This document shows positions 49,720 through 58,813 of a DNA stretch of 64,000 bases, one piece after another. The DNA is from an uncultured Chloroflexia bacterium (GTDB lineage Bacteria; Chloroflexota; Limnocylindria; Limnocylindrales; CSP1-4), in assembly GCA_963759495.1 (NCBI GenBank), contig CAVWZL010000004.1, positions 13,097 to 77,096 of the forward strand, read 5' to 3'. The translations under genes and the position numbers were made by a program. Each line of letters begins with the position of its first letter. The first letter of the stretch is position 1. The notes under the pieces were generated by a model that did not search any database, had not been told where the DNA came from, and worked only from the letters and a program-made list of their open reading frames with translations.

Positions 49720-52044
49720 GCGCCGACCGCGGCCGGTGTCGACGCCGCGCCCGAGCTCGTCCGAGGAGGCGCAGCGCGAGTGCCTGGCCATCGATGTCCG
49801 GCTCAAGGCGCGGGCCGGTGCAGGCGGGGCAGCCGGCGTCGCAGCCGCAAGCGGCGATCAGGTCGGCGGCCGCCGGCGAGCAGCTCGTCGTGGCGCTCCC
49901 AGAGCCGCTCGCGACAGGCCGATCCCGCCCGGGACCGCCTCGTACAGGTAGATCGTCGGCTCCTCGGAGTGGGGCGAGCGGACCTGCGCGACGAGGCCCG
50001 AGGTCGCGCGGGTCGACCATCAGCAGCACCGGCGGCGACCGTCTGGATCGCCCGGCCGGCGCCGAGCAGCGCGACGTCGAGGTCGTCGCGGCGCCAGCCG
50101 CCGCTGCACCCGTTCCGCGGTGAGCCAGTACGCGGTCGTCTGGAGCTCCAGCTCCGGCAGGTCGATCGGGCCCCAGCCGACGTTCTCGTCGGTGACGAAC
50201 TTGAGCTTCTTGAACAGGGTGACGAGGCTCGCGACCATGACCTCGCCGTGGATCCGCCGCCCGCCGGTGGCAGGCGCCTCGGCGAAGACGTCGAGCGGCT
50301 TGAGGGTCACCGCGCGGTTGGCGTACGTGTAGTGGTCGACGTCGACCCGATGGACGTAGGCCTTGCGCTCGCCCCAGTCGAGCCTGTCCACGTGGTACTG
50401 GACGGACTCGTGGATGTAGATCGCGCGGCTCGTGGACGAGCACCTGGGCCGAGAACAGGTCCGATCTCGCCGAGGACCCGCGGCCGGTCCGGCGTCGTGT
50501 CGATGATCACGACGTTCTCCGGGGCCGCGGTCCGGAGCGAGATCTCCGAGGCCGGGAAGTTCTCCGAGCTCCAGTACCAGCGCCCGTCGCCCGCCTGGCG
50601 GACGTGGCCCTCCTCGCCGAGGAACGCGAGCAGGTCGTCCGCCGGGCCCGGCCCGAACACCTCGCCCGGCTCGAACGGCAGCTCGAACGTCGCCGCGCGG
50701 AGGTGGGCGAGCAGCACGTGGAGGTTGTCCGGGTCGATCCGGGCCTCCTCCGGCGTGCCCTCGAGCAGGAACTCCGGGTGGTGGATGACGTACTGGTCGA
50801 CGGGCGCGCCCGACGCGACGAGCGACGCCGACGCTGGTGCCCTGCCGGCGGCCCGCGCGACCGAGCTGCTGCCACGTCGCCGGCGACCGAGCCCGGGTAG
50901 CCGGCGAGGATCGAGACGTCGAGCGCGCCGATGTCGACGCCGAGCTCGAGCGCGTTCGTGCGAGACGACGCCGAGGATCTCGCCGTCGCGCAGCCCGCGC
51001 TCGATCGCGCGCCGCTCCGTGGGCAGGTAGCCGCCGCGATAGCCGCGGATCCGGCTGCGCGGCCCGAAGCGCTCGCGGAGCGCCTCGCGAAGGCCGGTCA
51101 GGATGATCTCGACCGGCGACCCGCGCACCGCCCGAAGACGATCGTCTGGCGGCCCGCCCGGAGGAACGGCAGCGCCCAGCGCTGGGCGAGGGTCAGCGCC
51201 GACCCGCGCGCCCCGGTCGGCCGGATCCAGGAGCGGCGGGATCGACGAGCAGGACGTGCCGCTCACCGGCCGGCGCGCCGTTCCGGTCGATCAGCGTCGG
51301 CGGCCGACCGGTCAGCAGCGCGGCGAGCTCGCCGGGGTTCCCGATCGTGGCCGAGCAGCACACGATGATCGGGTTGGAGCCGTAGTGGGCGCAGATGCGC
51401 AGCAGCCGGCGCAGGACGTTCGCGACGTGGCTGCCGAACACGCCGCGGTACGTGTGCAGCTCGTCGATCACGATGACCTGGACCTGCTCGAACAGCTGGA
51501 ACCACTTGGTGTGATGGGGGAGGATCGCGGAGTGGAGCATGTCCGGGTTGGTCGACCACGACCTGCCCGGCCGTCCGGATCGCGGACCGGATCGGCGCCG
51601 GCGTGTCGCCGTCGTACGTGGCCGCCGCGACGTCCAGCGGCTGCCTTCGGCCAGCGCCGGCGAACTCCGCGACCTGGTCCTGGCCGAGCGCCTTGGTCGG
51701 GAAGAGGAACAGCGCCCGCGACGCCGGGATCCTCGGCGAGCGCCTGGAGGACCGGGCAGCGTGTAGCACAGCGTCTTGCCCGACGCGGTCGGCGTGACGA
51801 CGACGACGTCCTCGCCGGCGTGGACCGCCTCGACCGCCTCCGCCTGGTGGCTGTAGAGCGGGTCGATCCCGCGCGTCGTCGAGCCCGGCGACGATCCGCG
51901 GGTCCAGCCACGCCGGGAACGGCGCGTATTCGGCCGCTCGTGCGCGGGAGCACCGCGTGATGCATGACGCCGCGGGCGAGCGACGGCTCCTCGAGCAGCG
52001 CGCGCGAGCACGGCCTCGGTGTCGGCGGGGGCGTAGGTGCGCAT
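49720..52044 (-). pseudogene. DEAD/DEAH-box helicase with a C-terminal DUF1998 Cys cluster (MrfA/YprA/SftH family), frame-disrupted
   Basis: ATG at 52044. 'LYSHQAEAVEAVHAGEDVVVVTPTASGKTLCYTLP', 'LFLFPTKALGQDQ' (alternate frame), 'VIVIDELHTYRGVFGSHVANVLRRL', 'IIVCCSATIGNP', 'YRGGYLPTERRAIE' and the DUF1998-type 'LIAACGCDAGCPACTGP'. The 3' end is approximate. Confidence 0.7.
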
Positions 52045-52062
52045 CGCGGCTCCGCCTGCGAT

Positions 52063-52078
52063 TAGAACACATGTTCGA
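52063..52078. promoter_or_regulatory. LexA (SOS/Cheo) box GAAC-N4-GTTC upstream of the MrfA-like helicase
   Basis: The minus strand reads TAGACT-gccgtctaT-TCGAAC-ATGT-GTTCTA-atcgcaggcggagccgcg-ATG. The left half matches the actinobacterial consensus TCGAAC-N4-GTTCGA exactly and the right half has 1 mismatch. It lies 19 nt from the start codon, just downstream of a TAnnnT -10 candidate. Confidence 0.55.
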
Positions 52079-52881
52079 ATAGACGGCAGTCTAGCCGACA
52101 GCGTCAGGCCGTGGTGTGCCACCTCTGGCTGTCACGAGCCATCCGCGCGCGGCAGGAGCATCGGCCGGTTTGACACGTCAGCGTGCCGCGACGCTACCCT
52201 TGCGCCGGATGCCGACGACCGCCCAGCGTCCCCGCCCGCCGACCCGGCCCGAGCGACGACCCCGACGCGAGCGCGTTCCGACGCGGTCGATGCCGGGCTC
52301 ACGGCCGCTCGACTCCGGACCTCGCCGCGCTGCCGATCGCCGGGCATCGGCGCCGCCGGCAGCTCGGCCGATGCTCGCTTGGCGCCGCTGCTCGCGATCT
52401 GGCTGCGTCGCGACGTGTTCGTCGGCAGGTCGGTGAGGCCTCGGCGGCATCGGGCGCGCCGAGACGACGCGCCGCGAACGACGAGCTGCCGCAACGAGGT
52501 CGCGCGGCCTCGAGCGCGAGCTCGCCTCATCCAGGACCAGCGAGTACTTCATCCAGCAGGCCGCAGCTTCGGCCTCGGTGGCCCGCGGAGATCCCGTTCA
52601 CGCTCGCGGCCGACGCGCCGGCGCTGCCGGCCGACGCCCCGGGTCGGCATCGGTCCGCGCTGGGCGCCGACGCCCGAGCGACGGGCGCCGCTCGACGCCT
52701 GGCTCGAGCTGCTGTTCGGGCCGGGCTGAGCCGGCCCTCCCGCGAAACCACTCGTCGTGGCGCGATCCTGGCGGCTATCCTGTCCGAGCCGGCCGTCCGC
52801 GCGTGCACCCAGGAGGGCGACGCCACCGGACTGACGTCACGCCGGCGTGTCGCGCCATCGAGGGAGGCCCGCGCTCGCCCG

Positions 52882-53420
52882 ATGCTGGACGTCCCGGTCG
52901 AGGACCTCGTCTTCGTCGTCTGCCCGCTGGTCGGTGGCGGGCTGCTGCTGATCACGGTCCTCGTCGACGACATCCTCGGCGCCGTCATCGACTTCGATCG
53001 GCGGCGTGTCGCTCATGCCGCTGCTGCTGGCGTTCGTCTCGATGTTCGGCGTCGGTGGGATCTTCGCCACCCAGGTCCTCGACCTCCACGGCGGCCAGGC
53101 GGCGGCTGATCGGCGTCGGTCTTCGGTCTCGTCGGCTTCGGCATCGCGTACTGCCTCTTCCGCCTGCTCCGACGGGCCGAGGCGCCGCCCCGTTCTCCAC
53201 TCGGCGACCTCGTCGGGGACGGAGGCGTTCGTCGCCATCGGGATCCCGGCCGGCCGCCTCGGCACCGTCTACGTCCGGGCCGAGGGCCAGACCCACGAGT
53301 TCGGCGCCACGGCGCCGACGGACATCCCGTCCGGCGCCGCCGTCCGCGTCATCGGCGTCGCCGGCACGGGTCTCGTCGTCGAATCGCTCGCCACCACGCC
53401 AGCCGCGGCGTCCATCCGTG
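52882..53420 (+). pseudogene. NfeD-family membrane protein (OB-fold C-terminal domain), frame-disrupted
   Basis: ATG at 52882. 'LVFVVCPLVGGGLLLITVLVDDILGAVIDFD', 'MPLLLAFVSMFGVGGIFATQVL' and 'GTEAFVAIGIPAGRLGTVYVRAEGQTHEFGATAPTDIPSGAAVRVIGVAGTGLVVESL'. The 3' end is uncertain. Confidence 0.55.
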
Positions 53421-53454
53421 ACCGGCGCCGACCAAGCAGGAGGGAGCCCGAGCG

Positions 53455-55516
53455 ATGCTTGACGGTCTCGTCGATTTCGTCGGGGGCGGCGTGATCCCGA
53501 TCTTCGCGATCATCGTCGTCGTCGTGCTCGTCGTCGCCTACATGGGCAGCCGCTACAAGGTCGCCGGCGCGAACGAGGCGCTGATCGTCAGCGGCCGGCG
53601 CGAGCGAGGTCCGCCGAGGCCGCCGTGGGCCTCAAGGTGGTGCGCGGCCGGGGCGTGATCGTCCTGCCGCTGATCAACAAGGTCGGGCAGGCTCAAGCTG
53701 ACCGCCCGCCAGATCAACGTCAGCTCTCGCGACGCGGTCACGCAGCAGGGCATCAAGGTCGCCGTGCAGGGCGTCGCGACGTTCAAGATCGGCGCCGACG
53801 ACGAGTCGATCCGCGACGCCGCCGAGCGGTTCCTCGAGGCCCGCGAGGACCAGGTCGACTCGATCGTCAAGAACGTCCTCGAGGGCTCGCTCCGCTCGAT
53901 CGTCGGCACGCTGACGGTCGAGGAGCTCAACCTCGACCGGGCGAAGTTCCAGCAGGCGGTCCAGGACGCCGCGCGGGGCGACCTCGCGACGTCCGGGCTC
54001 CAGATCGACATCGTTCACGATCCAGGCGATCCGCGACGAGGTCGGCTACATGGACCTCATCGGCCAGCAGGAGACCGCCCGTCGCGAGCGGGACGCCCGC
54101 ATGGCGAAGGCCGGCGCCGACCAGGAGGCCGCCGTCCGCGAGGCCGAGGCCGAGCAGGTCAAGATCAACGCCGCGCGGGACGTCTCGCTCCGCCGGCCGA
54201 GATCGAGACCCAGACGCAGGCCGCCGAGGCAAGGCCGCGCAGTCGGGCCCGCTCGCCGAGGCCGAGGCGACCCAGGAGGTCGTCCGCAAGCAGACCGAGC
54301 TGGCCGAGCTCGAGGCCGAGCGCAAGCAGAAGGAGCTCATCGCACGAGCACGGTCCGACCGGCCGAGGCCGACGCAGAGGCGCAGGTCCGGCGCGCCGAG
54401 GGCGAGAAGCTGTGCGCGGATCGCCGCGGCCCAGGCCGACGCCGAGCGGGTGAAGCTGGCCGGCCAGGCCGAGGCGGCGGTCACCAGGTCACGAAGGGCG
54501 AGGCGCAGGCGCGCGTCGTCGAGGTCAACGCCGAGGCGACCGCCAAGCAGACGACGCTCGAGGGCAACGCCGAGGCGGGCATCGTCCTGTCGCAAGGGCG
54601 AGGCCGAGGCCAAGGCACTCGCGCTTCGAGCCGAGGCCTACCGCCAGTTCAACGAGGCGGCCATCATCCAGACCGTGCTCTCGATGCTGCCGGAGATCGT
54701 CCGTGCCGCGGCCGAGCCGATGGCAAGCATCGACTCGCTGACGGTCGCTGTCGAACGACGGCGCGTCCGAGGTGGTGAAGAACGACGACGCGGACCGTGA
54801 CCGAGGCGAGCGCGACGGTGAAGGGCCTGACCGGCATCGACGTTCCGGGCCTGCTCAACAACGCCCTTGGCGCAAACGGCGGCGTGAGCGCGGCCGGTGG
54901 CTCGGGCGGTGGAGGGTCCGGGCCGGCGACTCGTGCACCGCGCCCGCCGCGACCGACCGGGGGCACGGCACCGACCACCGGGACCGGCGCAAGCTCGACC
55001 GGCGGCGCCGCCTCGGCGACCGGCACGAACGGGTCGAGCGGACAGTGGCCGAGCACGAACCTGCGACCTGGGTCGGACGCGGTTTCGCCCTCGGCGGCTC
55101 CTGCCTCCGAGCCGGCCTGGGGCGCAACCGCCGGAGCGGCGGCACCACCGCGGTTCGAGACGCAGGAGGCCATCGATGCGGCCCTTGCCGACGCCGATGC
55201 GGCGCTCCGGCGCGCCGGCCAGACGGCGGACCGCGCGCTCACGGACACGGCCGCGGGTCCGGCTCGGCCGGCGTCCGCTGACATCAACCGGGAGACGACG
55301 CTCGACGACGCGGCGATCCGCCTCGCCAACGACCTGCGGGGCATCCCCGGGATCGAGCGCTTCGGCTCGCTGCGGCTGGAGGAGCTCGATCGGACGGGTC
55401 CGCGACCGCTTCGGACGATGTGGCGGATCGCCCGGGATCAGCTCTCGGGGCGCTACGGATCGATGACCGTCGGTGAGTTCATCGACCGCTCGCGGGGCCC
55501 GGGAGGCGCCGGCTGA
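53455..55516 (+). pseudogene. Flotillin-like SPFH/Band-7 protein with a long C-terminal extension, heavily frame-disrupted
   Basis: ATG at 53455 with AGGAGG upstream. TM 'VIPIFAIIVVVVLVVAYMG', 'LKVVRGRGVIVLPLINKV', 'TQQGIKVAVQGVATFKIG', 'IVKNVLEGSLRSIVGTLTVEELN', E/A/K/Q-rich flotillin-type coiled coil, and 'ALRAEAYRQFNEAAIIQTVLSMLPEIV'. This is followed by about 230 aa of G/S/T/A/P-rich sequence ending 'MWRIARDQLSGRYGSMTVGEFIDR'. Confidence 0.7.
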
Positions 55517-55555
55517 GGCCCGTTCGGCCGAAATCACGCTACAATCCCGTGCCGT

Positions 55556-55630
55556 GGCAGGGTAGCTCAGTGGCAGAGCAAGCGGCTCATAATCGCTAGG
55601 TCACAGGTTCGAATCCTGTCCCTGCTACCA
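55556..55630 (+). tRNA. tRNA with CAU anticodon (elongator tRNA-Met type; tRNA-Ile2/lysidine cannot be excluded)
   Basis: Manual cloverleaf, 75 nt with encoded CCA. Acceptor ggcaggg/ccctgct (G1.U72 wobble), D arm gctc-agtggca-gagc, anticodon arm agcgg-cuCAUaa-tcgct, variable aggtc, T arm acagg-ttcgaat-cctgt. It is not initiator-like (no 3 G-C pairs in the anticodon stem). TACAAT at 55540-45 is a possible -10. Confidence 0.9.
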
Positions 55631-55823
55631 CCTTCCGAACCCTTCGCATCGAGTCGGCGCGCGTCGACGATCCCCCTCGACGCCACCCGGTCCGTCGCGC
55701 CGGATCGTCGCCATTCGTCCAGTGCATTGCGCCGATGGCGTCATCCGGTCGAAACAGGGGCCGGCGCTATACTCGATGCATGGCGGCGCGCGGCGTCGCC
55801 TGTTCCACCCGGAGGCTCTCTCG

Positions 55824-57740
55824 TTGAACCCCAAGTTCTTCCGCAACGGCATCGTGATGCTGGTGCTCGTCGTTGGCACCGCCGCGCTGCTGTTCACGTT
55901 CCTGTCCGGTAACACGCCGGCCGCGGACACGACCTATTCGCAGTTCCTCAGCAACGTCCAGGAGGGCGAGGTCTCGAAGGTCGTGCAGGAGGGCAACACC
56001 CTCACCGTCACGCCGACGGGCCAGACCACGACCTACTCGGTCAACGTCCCGGGTCTTGCCGGCCTGCCGAACGCCAACGTCTTCGCCGACATGCAGGCGG
56101 CAGCGGAACGAGGCGGCCAGACGCTCAATGCCGATGTGTACGGCGTGAAGCCGGTCCAGGACAACTCGTGGATCGGCCTGCTCCTGACCGGGCTCCTGCC
56201 GCTCCTGATCATCGGCGGGTTCATCTTCTTCATGATGCGCCAGGCCCAGGGCACGAACAATCAGGCGCTCTCGTTCGGCAAGAGCCGGGCGCGCATGTTC
56301 CTCGGCAACAAGACCGTCGTGACGTTCGCCGACGTGGCGGGCGTGGACGAGGCCAAGACCGAGCTCCAGGAAGTCGTCGAGTTCCTGAAGTACCCGGAGA
56401 AGTTCAACTCGCTCGGTGCGCGCATCCCGCGCGGCGTGCTCCTCGTCGGACCTCCGGGCACCGGCAAGACGCTGATGGCCCGTGCGGTCGCCGGTGAGGC
56501 AGGCGTCCCGTTCTTCTCGATCTCGGGCTCCGAGTTCGTCGAGATGTTCGTGGGTGTCGGCGCCTCGCGCGTCCGCGACCTGTTCGACCAGGCCAAGCGC
56601 AACTCGCCGTGCATCGTCTTCGTCGACGAGATCGACGCAGTCGGTCGCCAGCGCGGTGCCGGTCTTGGCGGCTCGCACGACGAGCGCGAGCAGACCCTCA
56701 ACCAGATCCTCGTCGAGATGGACGGCTTCGACACGAACACGAACGTGATCGTCGTCGCCGCCACCAACCGGCCGGACGTCCTCGACCCCGCGCTCCTGCG
56801 GCCCGGTCGGTTCGACCGCCAGGTCATCCTCGATCGACCCGACATGCGCGGTCGCACCGCGATCCTCAAGGTCCACACCAAGGGCAAGCCGCTCGACAAG
56901 GGCGTCGATGTCGAAGGCGTGGCGCGGCAGTCGCCGGGCTTCTCCGGTGCCGATCTCGCGAACCTCGTCAACGAGGCCGCGATCCTGTCCGCGCGTCGCA
57001 ACAAGAAGGTCATCGGGATGTCCGAGTTCCAGGAGGCGCTCGAACGGATCGTGGCCGGCCCGGAGCGAAAGTCCCGGATCATCTCGGATGCCGAGAAGGC
57101 GATCATCGCCTACCACGAGGGCGGTCACGCCGTCGTGCAGCGGATCCTGCCGAAGTGCGACCCGGTCGCCAAGGTGACGATCATCAGCCGCGGCATGGCC
57201 CTCGGCTACACGATGGCGCTGCCCCAGGAAGACCGCTATCTGCAGTCGAAGACCGAGTTCGAGGACAAGATCGCCGGCCTGCTCGGCGGCAACGTCGCGG
57301 AGCGCCTGATCTTCGGTGACACGACGACCGGCGCCTCGAACGACATCGAGAAGGCGACCGACCTCGCCCGACGCATGGTCACGGAGTTCGGGATGAGCGA
57401 CAAGCTGGGCCCGCTCTCGTTCGGGAAGCGGGACGAGCTCGTGTTCCTCGGGCGCGAGATCGGTGAGCAGCGAAACTACTCGGACGAGGTCGCGAAGCAG
57501 ATCGACGAGGAAGTCCGGGCGATCATCGACAAGGCATACGAGCGAGCCATGGACGTCCTCACGACGCACAAGGACAAGCTCATCGCTCTGGCCGAGAAGC
57601 TCGTCGCCGAGGAGACTGTCGACTCCGAAGGCTTCGAGTCCCTCTTCCAGGACATCCCGCCGAAGCAGGACCTGCACGGCACGCCGATGATCGTCGGCCC
57701 CGGCCAGCCGATCCCCGAACCGAATCCTCAGCCGGCCTGA
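55824..57740 (+). CDS. ftsH: ATP-dependent zinc metalloprotease FtsH
   Basis: '[47 protein letters not shown]', '[15 protein letters not shown]', '[22 protein letters not shown]', 'AYHEGGHAV'. Preferred start is TTG 55824 (GGAGG 8 nt upstream). In-frame ATGs at 55776 and 55722 are alternatives. Intact. Confidence 0.95.
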   Translation: MNPKFFRNGIVMLVLVVGTAALLFTFLSGNTPAADTTYSQFLSNVQEGEVSKVVQEGNTLTVTPTGQTTTYSVNVPGLAGLPNANVFADMQAAAERGGQTLNADVYGVKPVQDNSWIGLLLTGLLPLLIIGGFIFFMMRQAQGTNNQALSFGKSRARMFLGNKTVVTFADVAGVDEAKTELQEVVEFLKYPEKFNSLGARIPRGVLLVGPPGTGKTLMARAVAGEAGVPFFSISGSEFVEMFVGVGASRVRDLFDQAKRNSPCIVFVDEIDAVGRQRGAGLGGSHDEREQTLNQILVEMDGFDTNTNVIVVAATNRPDVLDPALLRPGRFDRQVILDRPDMRGRTAILKVHTKGKPLDKGVDVEGVARQSPGFSGADLANLVNEAAILSARRNKKVIGMSEFQEALERIVAGPERKSRIISDAEKAIIAYHEGGHAVVQRILPKCDPVAKVTIISRGMALGYTMALPQEDRYLQSKTEFEDKIAGLLGGNVAERLIFGDTTTGASNDIEKATDLARRMVTEFGMSDKLGPLSFGKRDELVFLGREIGEQRNYSDEVAKQIDEEVRAIIDKAYERAMDVLTTHKDKLIALAEKLVAEETVDSEGFESLFQDIPPKQDLHGTPMIVGPGQPIPEPNPQPA

Positions 57741-57764
57741 CCCGGCCCCCACCAGACCCCCCGC

Positions 57765-57792
57765 ACGAGCGGGCCCGCAAGGGCCCGCTCGT
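57765..57792 (+). terminator. Intrinsic-terminator-like hairpin after ftsH
   Basis: ACGAGCGGGCCC-GCAA-GGGCCCGCTCGT, a perfect 12-bp stem with a GNRA-type tetraloop, 25 nt after the ftsH stop. It is followed by TCGATTCC (weak T tract, as is usual in high-GC genomes). Confidence 0.6.
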
Positions 57793-57973
57793 TCGATTCC
57801 GGGCGCGGGGGGGGTGAGGGGAGGGGGCCCGCGCGCGCGCGGTGCGGCCTGTCAATTCCCGTCCCTATGGGTGCACCCGGGACCTCGGGCGCCGAGGCGT
57901 CGGGCGCTGGGCGAATTCTCGTGGGGCGAGAGCAGGCAGCCCGTATTCGATGTGGTAGGGACCCTTCGGGGCC

Positions 57974-58765
57974 TTAGGGCACCCAATCCGTCGCGGACTC
58001 TCGCCGTACGGGACGTATCGACCCCTCTGGGGTCGCGGCCGACCGCTCCTCTCGCGCGACGAGAATGGGTGCGGGCCGGCTCACTTGAGGTGCGCGACTC
58101 GCTCGGGACAAGAAGACGACTCCCGATGGATCTGGGAGTGTGCCCGCTGCCAGCGAGCGCAGGACGACCTGCGACTCAAGAGGCAGCGACGCCTTGAACT
58201 GCTGTTCGGCCGCCCGAAAAGCTCGTCGGTTTGCCCGGGTATCGGCCAGGACCAGCAGAACTCGGTCGAGGCCGGCATCGCGAGCCTTGAGTGAGATTCG
58301 ACGAAGGAGAGCCTGAGCGTCGGTCAGTCGCGTCTCGATCTCCACTCCAGCGCTCCCGTCGGGACCTCGTACAACGGCATCCCATGCCCGCATGTCTCCA
58401 TCGTCGGCAATGGGCACCTCGGCCCGGATGGTCAGGGGCGGATGAATCGACGCTCGCAACGCTGCGAATAGTGCCGCGTGTCCCGCATCGCGCAGCGGCG
58501 ATGGTCCGGGATAGGTGCGGACCCAGAGGTCAAGGCCGACGACGGCCGCCAGCCGGGATACCGCGACAACCGAGGCCCAGGGTGCCGTCGCGCGCTCAAT
58601 CCGACTCACCTCGGCGACCGATGTGTCCGCCGCACGTGCGACCGCAGCAAGCGACAACCCCGCGGTCAGGCGGGCAGCGCGCAGCTCGTCGCCGAGCGTG
58701 GCCAGGGAGCGCTGGCCGCGGCGAGTGCCACGGGCAGCGTGCGACTCGGGCATGCCCGCCAGCAT
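57974..58765 (-). CDS. XRE-family helix-turn-helix protein with an uncharacterised C-terminal domain
   Basis: 'LGDELRAARLTAGLSLAAVARAADTSVAEVSRIERA' (HTH_3-like). C-terminal about 150 aa with 'AWDAVVRGPDGSAGVEIETRL..LLRRISLKARD'. Intact ORF; the last about 45 aa are low-complexity. Confidence 0.6.
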   Translation of the reverse strand: MLAGMPESHAARGTRRGQRSLATLGDELRAARLTAGLSLAAVARAADTSVAEVSRIERATAPWASVVAVSRLAAVVGLDLWVRTYPGPSPLRDAGHAALFAALRASIHPPLTIRAEVPIADDGDMRAWDAVVRGPDGSAGVEIETRLTDAQALLRRISLKARDAGLDRVLLVLADTRANRRAFRAAEQQFKASLPLESQVVLRSLAAGTLPDPSGVVFLSRASRAPQVSRPAPILVAREERSAATPEGSIRPVRRESATDWVP

Positions 58766-58813
58766 GGCCTGGCGCCCTCACCGGCCACGCATCGGCGCCG
58801 CTACCATCGAGGC

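Noticed and set aside
40387-55516. Genome decay (M. leprae-style pseudogenisation) as the explanation for the broken genes.
   Set aside because: This is provisionally rejected. Normally essential genes are affected, the protein sequence resumes cleanly after each shift, and I saw no nonsense substitutions or domain losses. It cannot be excluded without reads.
57781-57806. tRNA-like T-arm sequence (cgctcGTTCGATTCCgggcg) that might mark an att site or tRNA fragment downstream of the tRNA(CAU) gene.
   Set aside because: Only about 10 nt resemble the T-loop of the tRNA at 55556-55630 (GTTCGAATCC versus GTTCGATTCC). The flanks do not match its 3' end. The stretch overlaps the 3' arm of the ftsH terminator hairpin and the sequence just downstream. 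No integrase is present.
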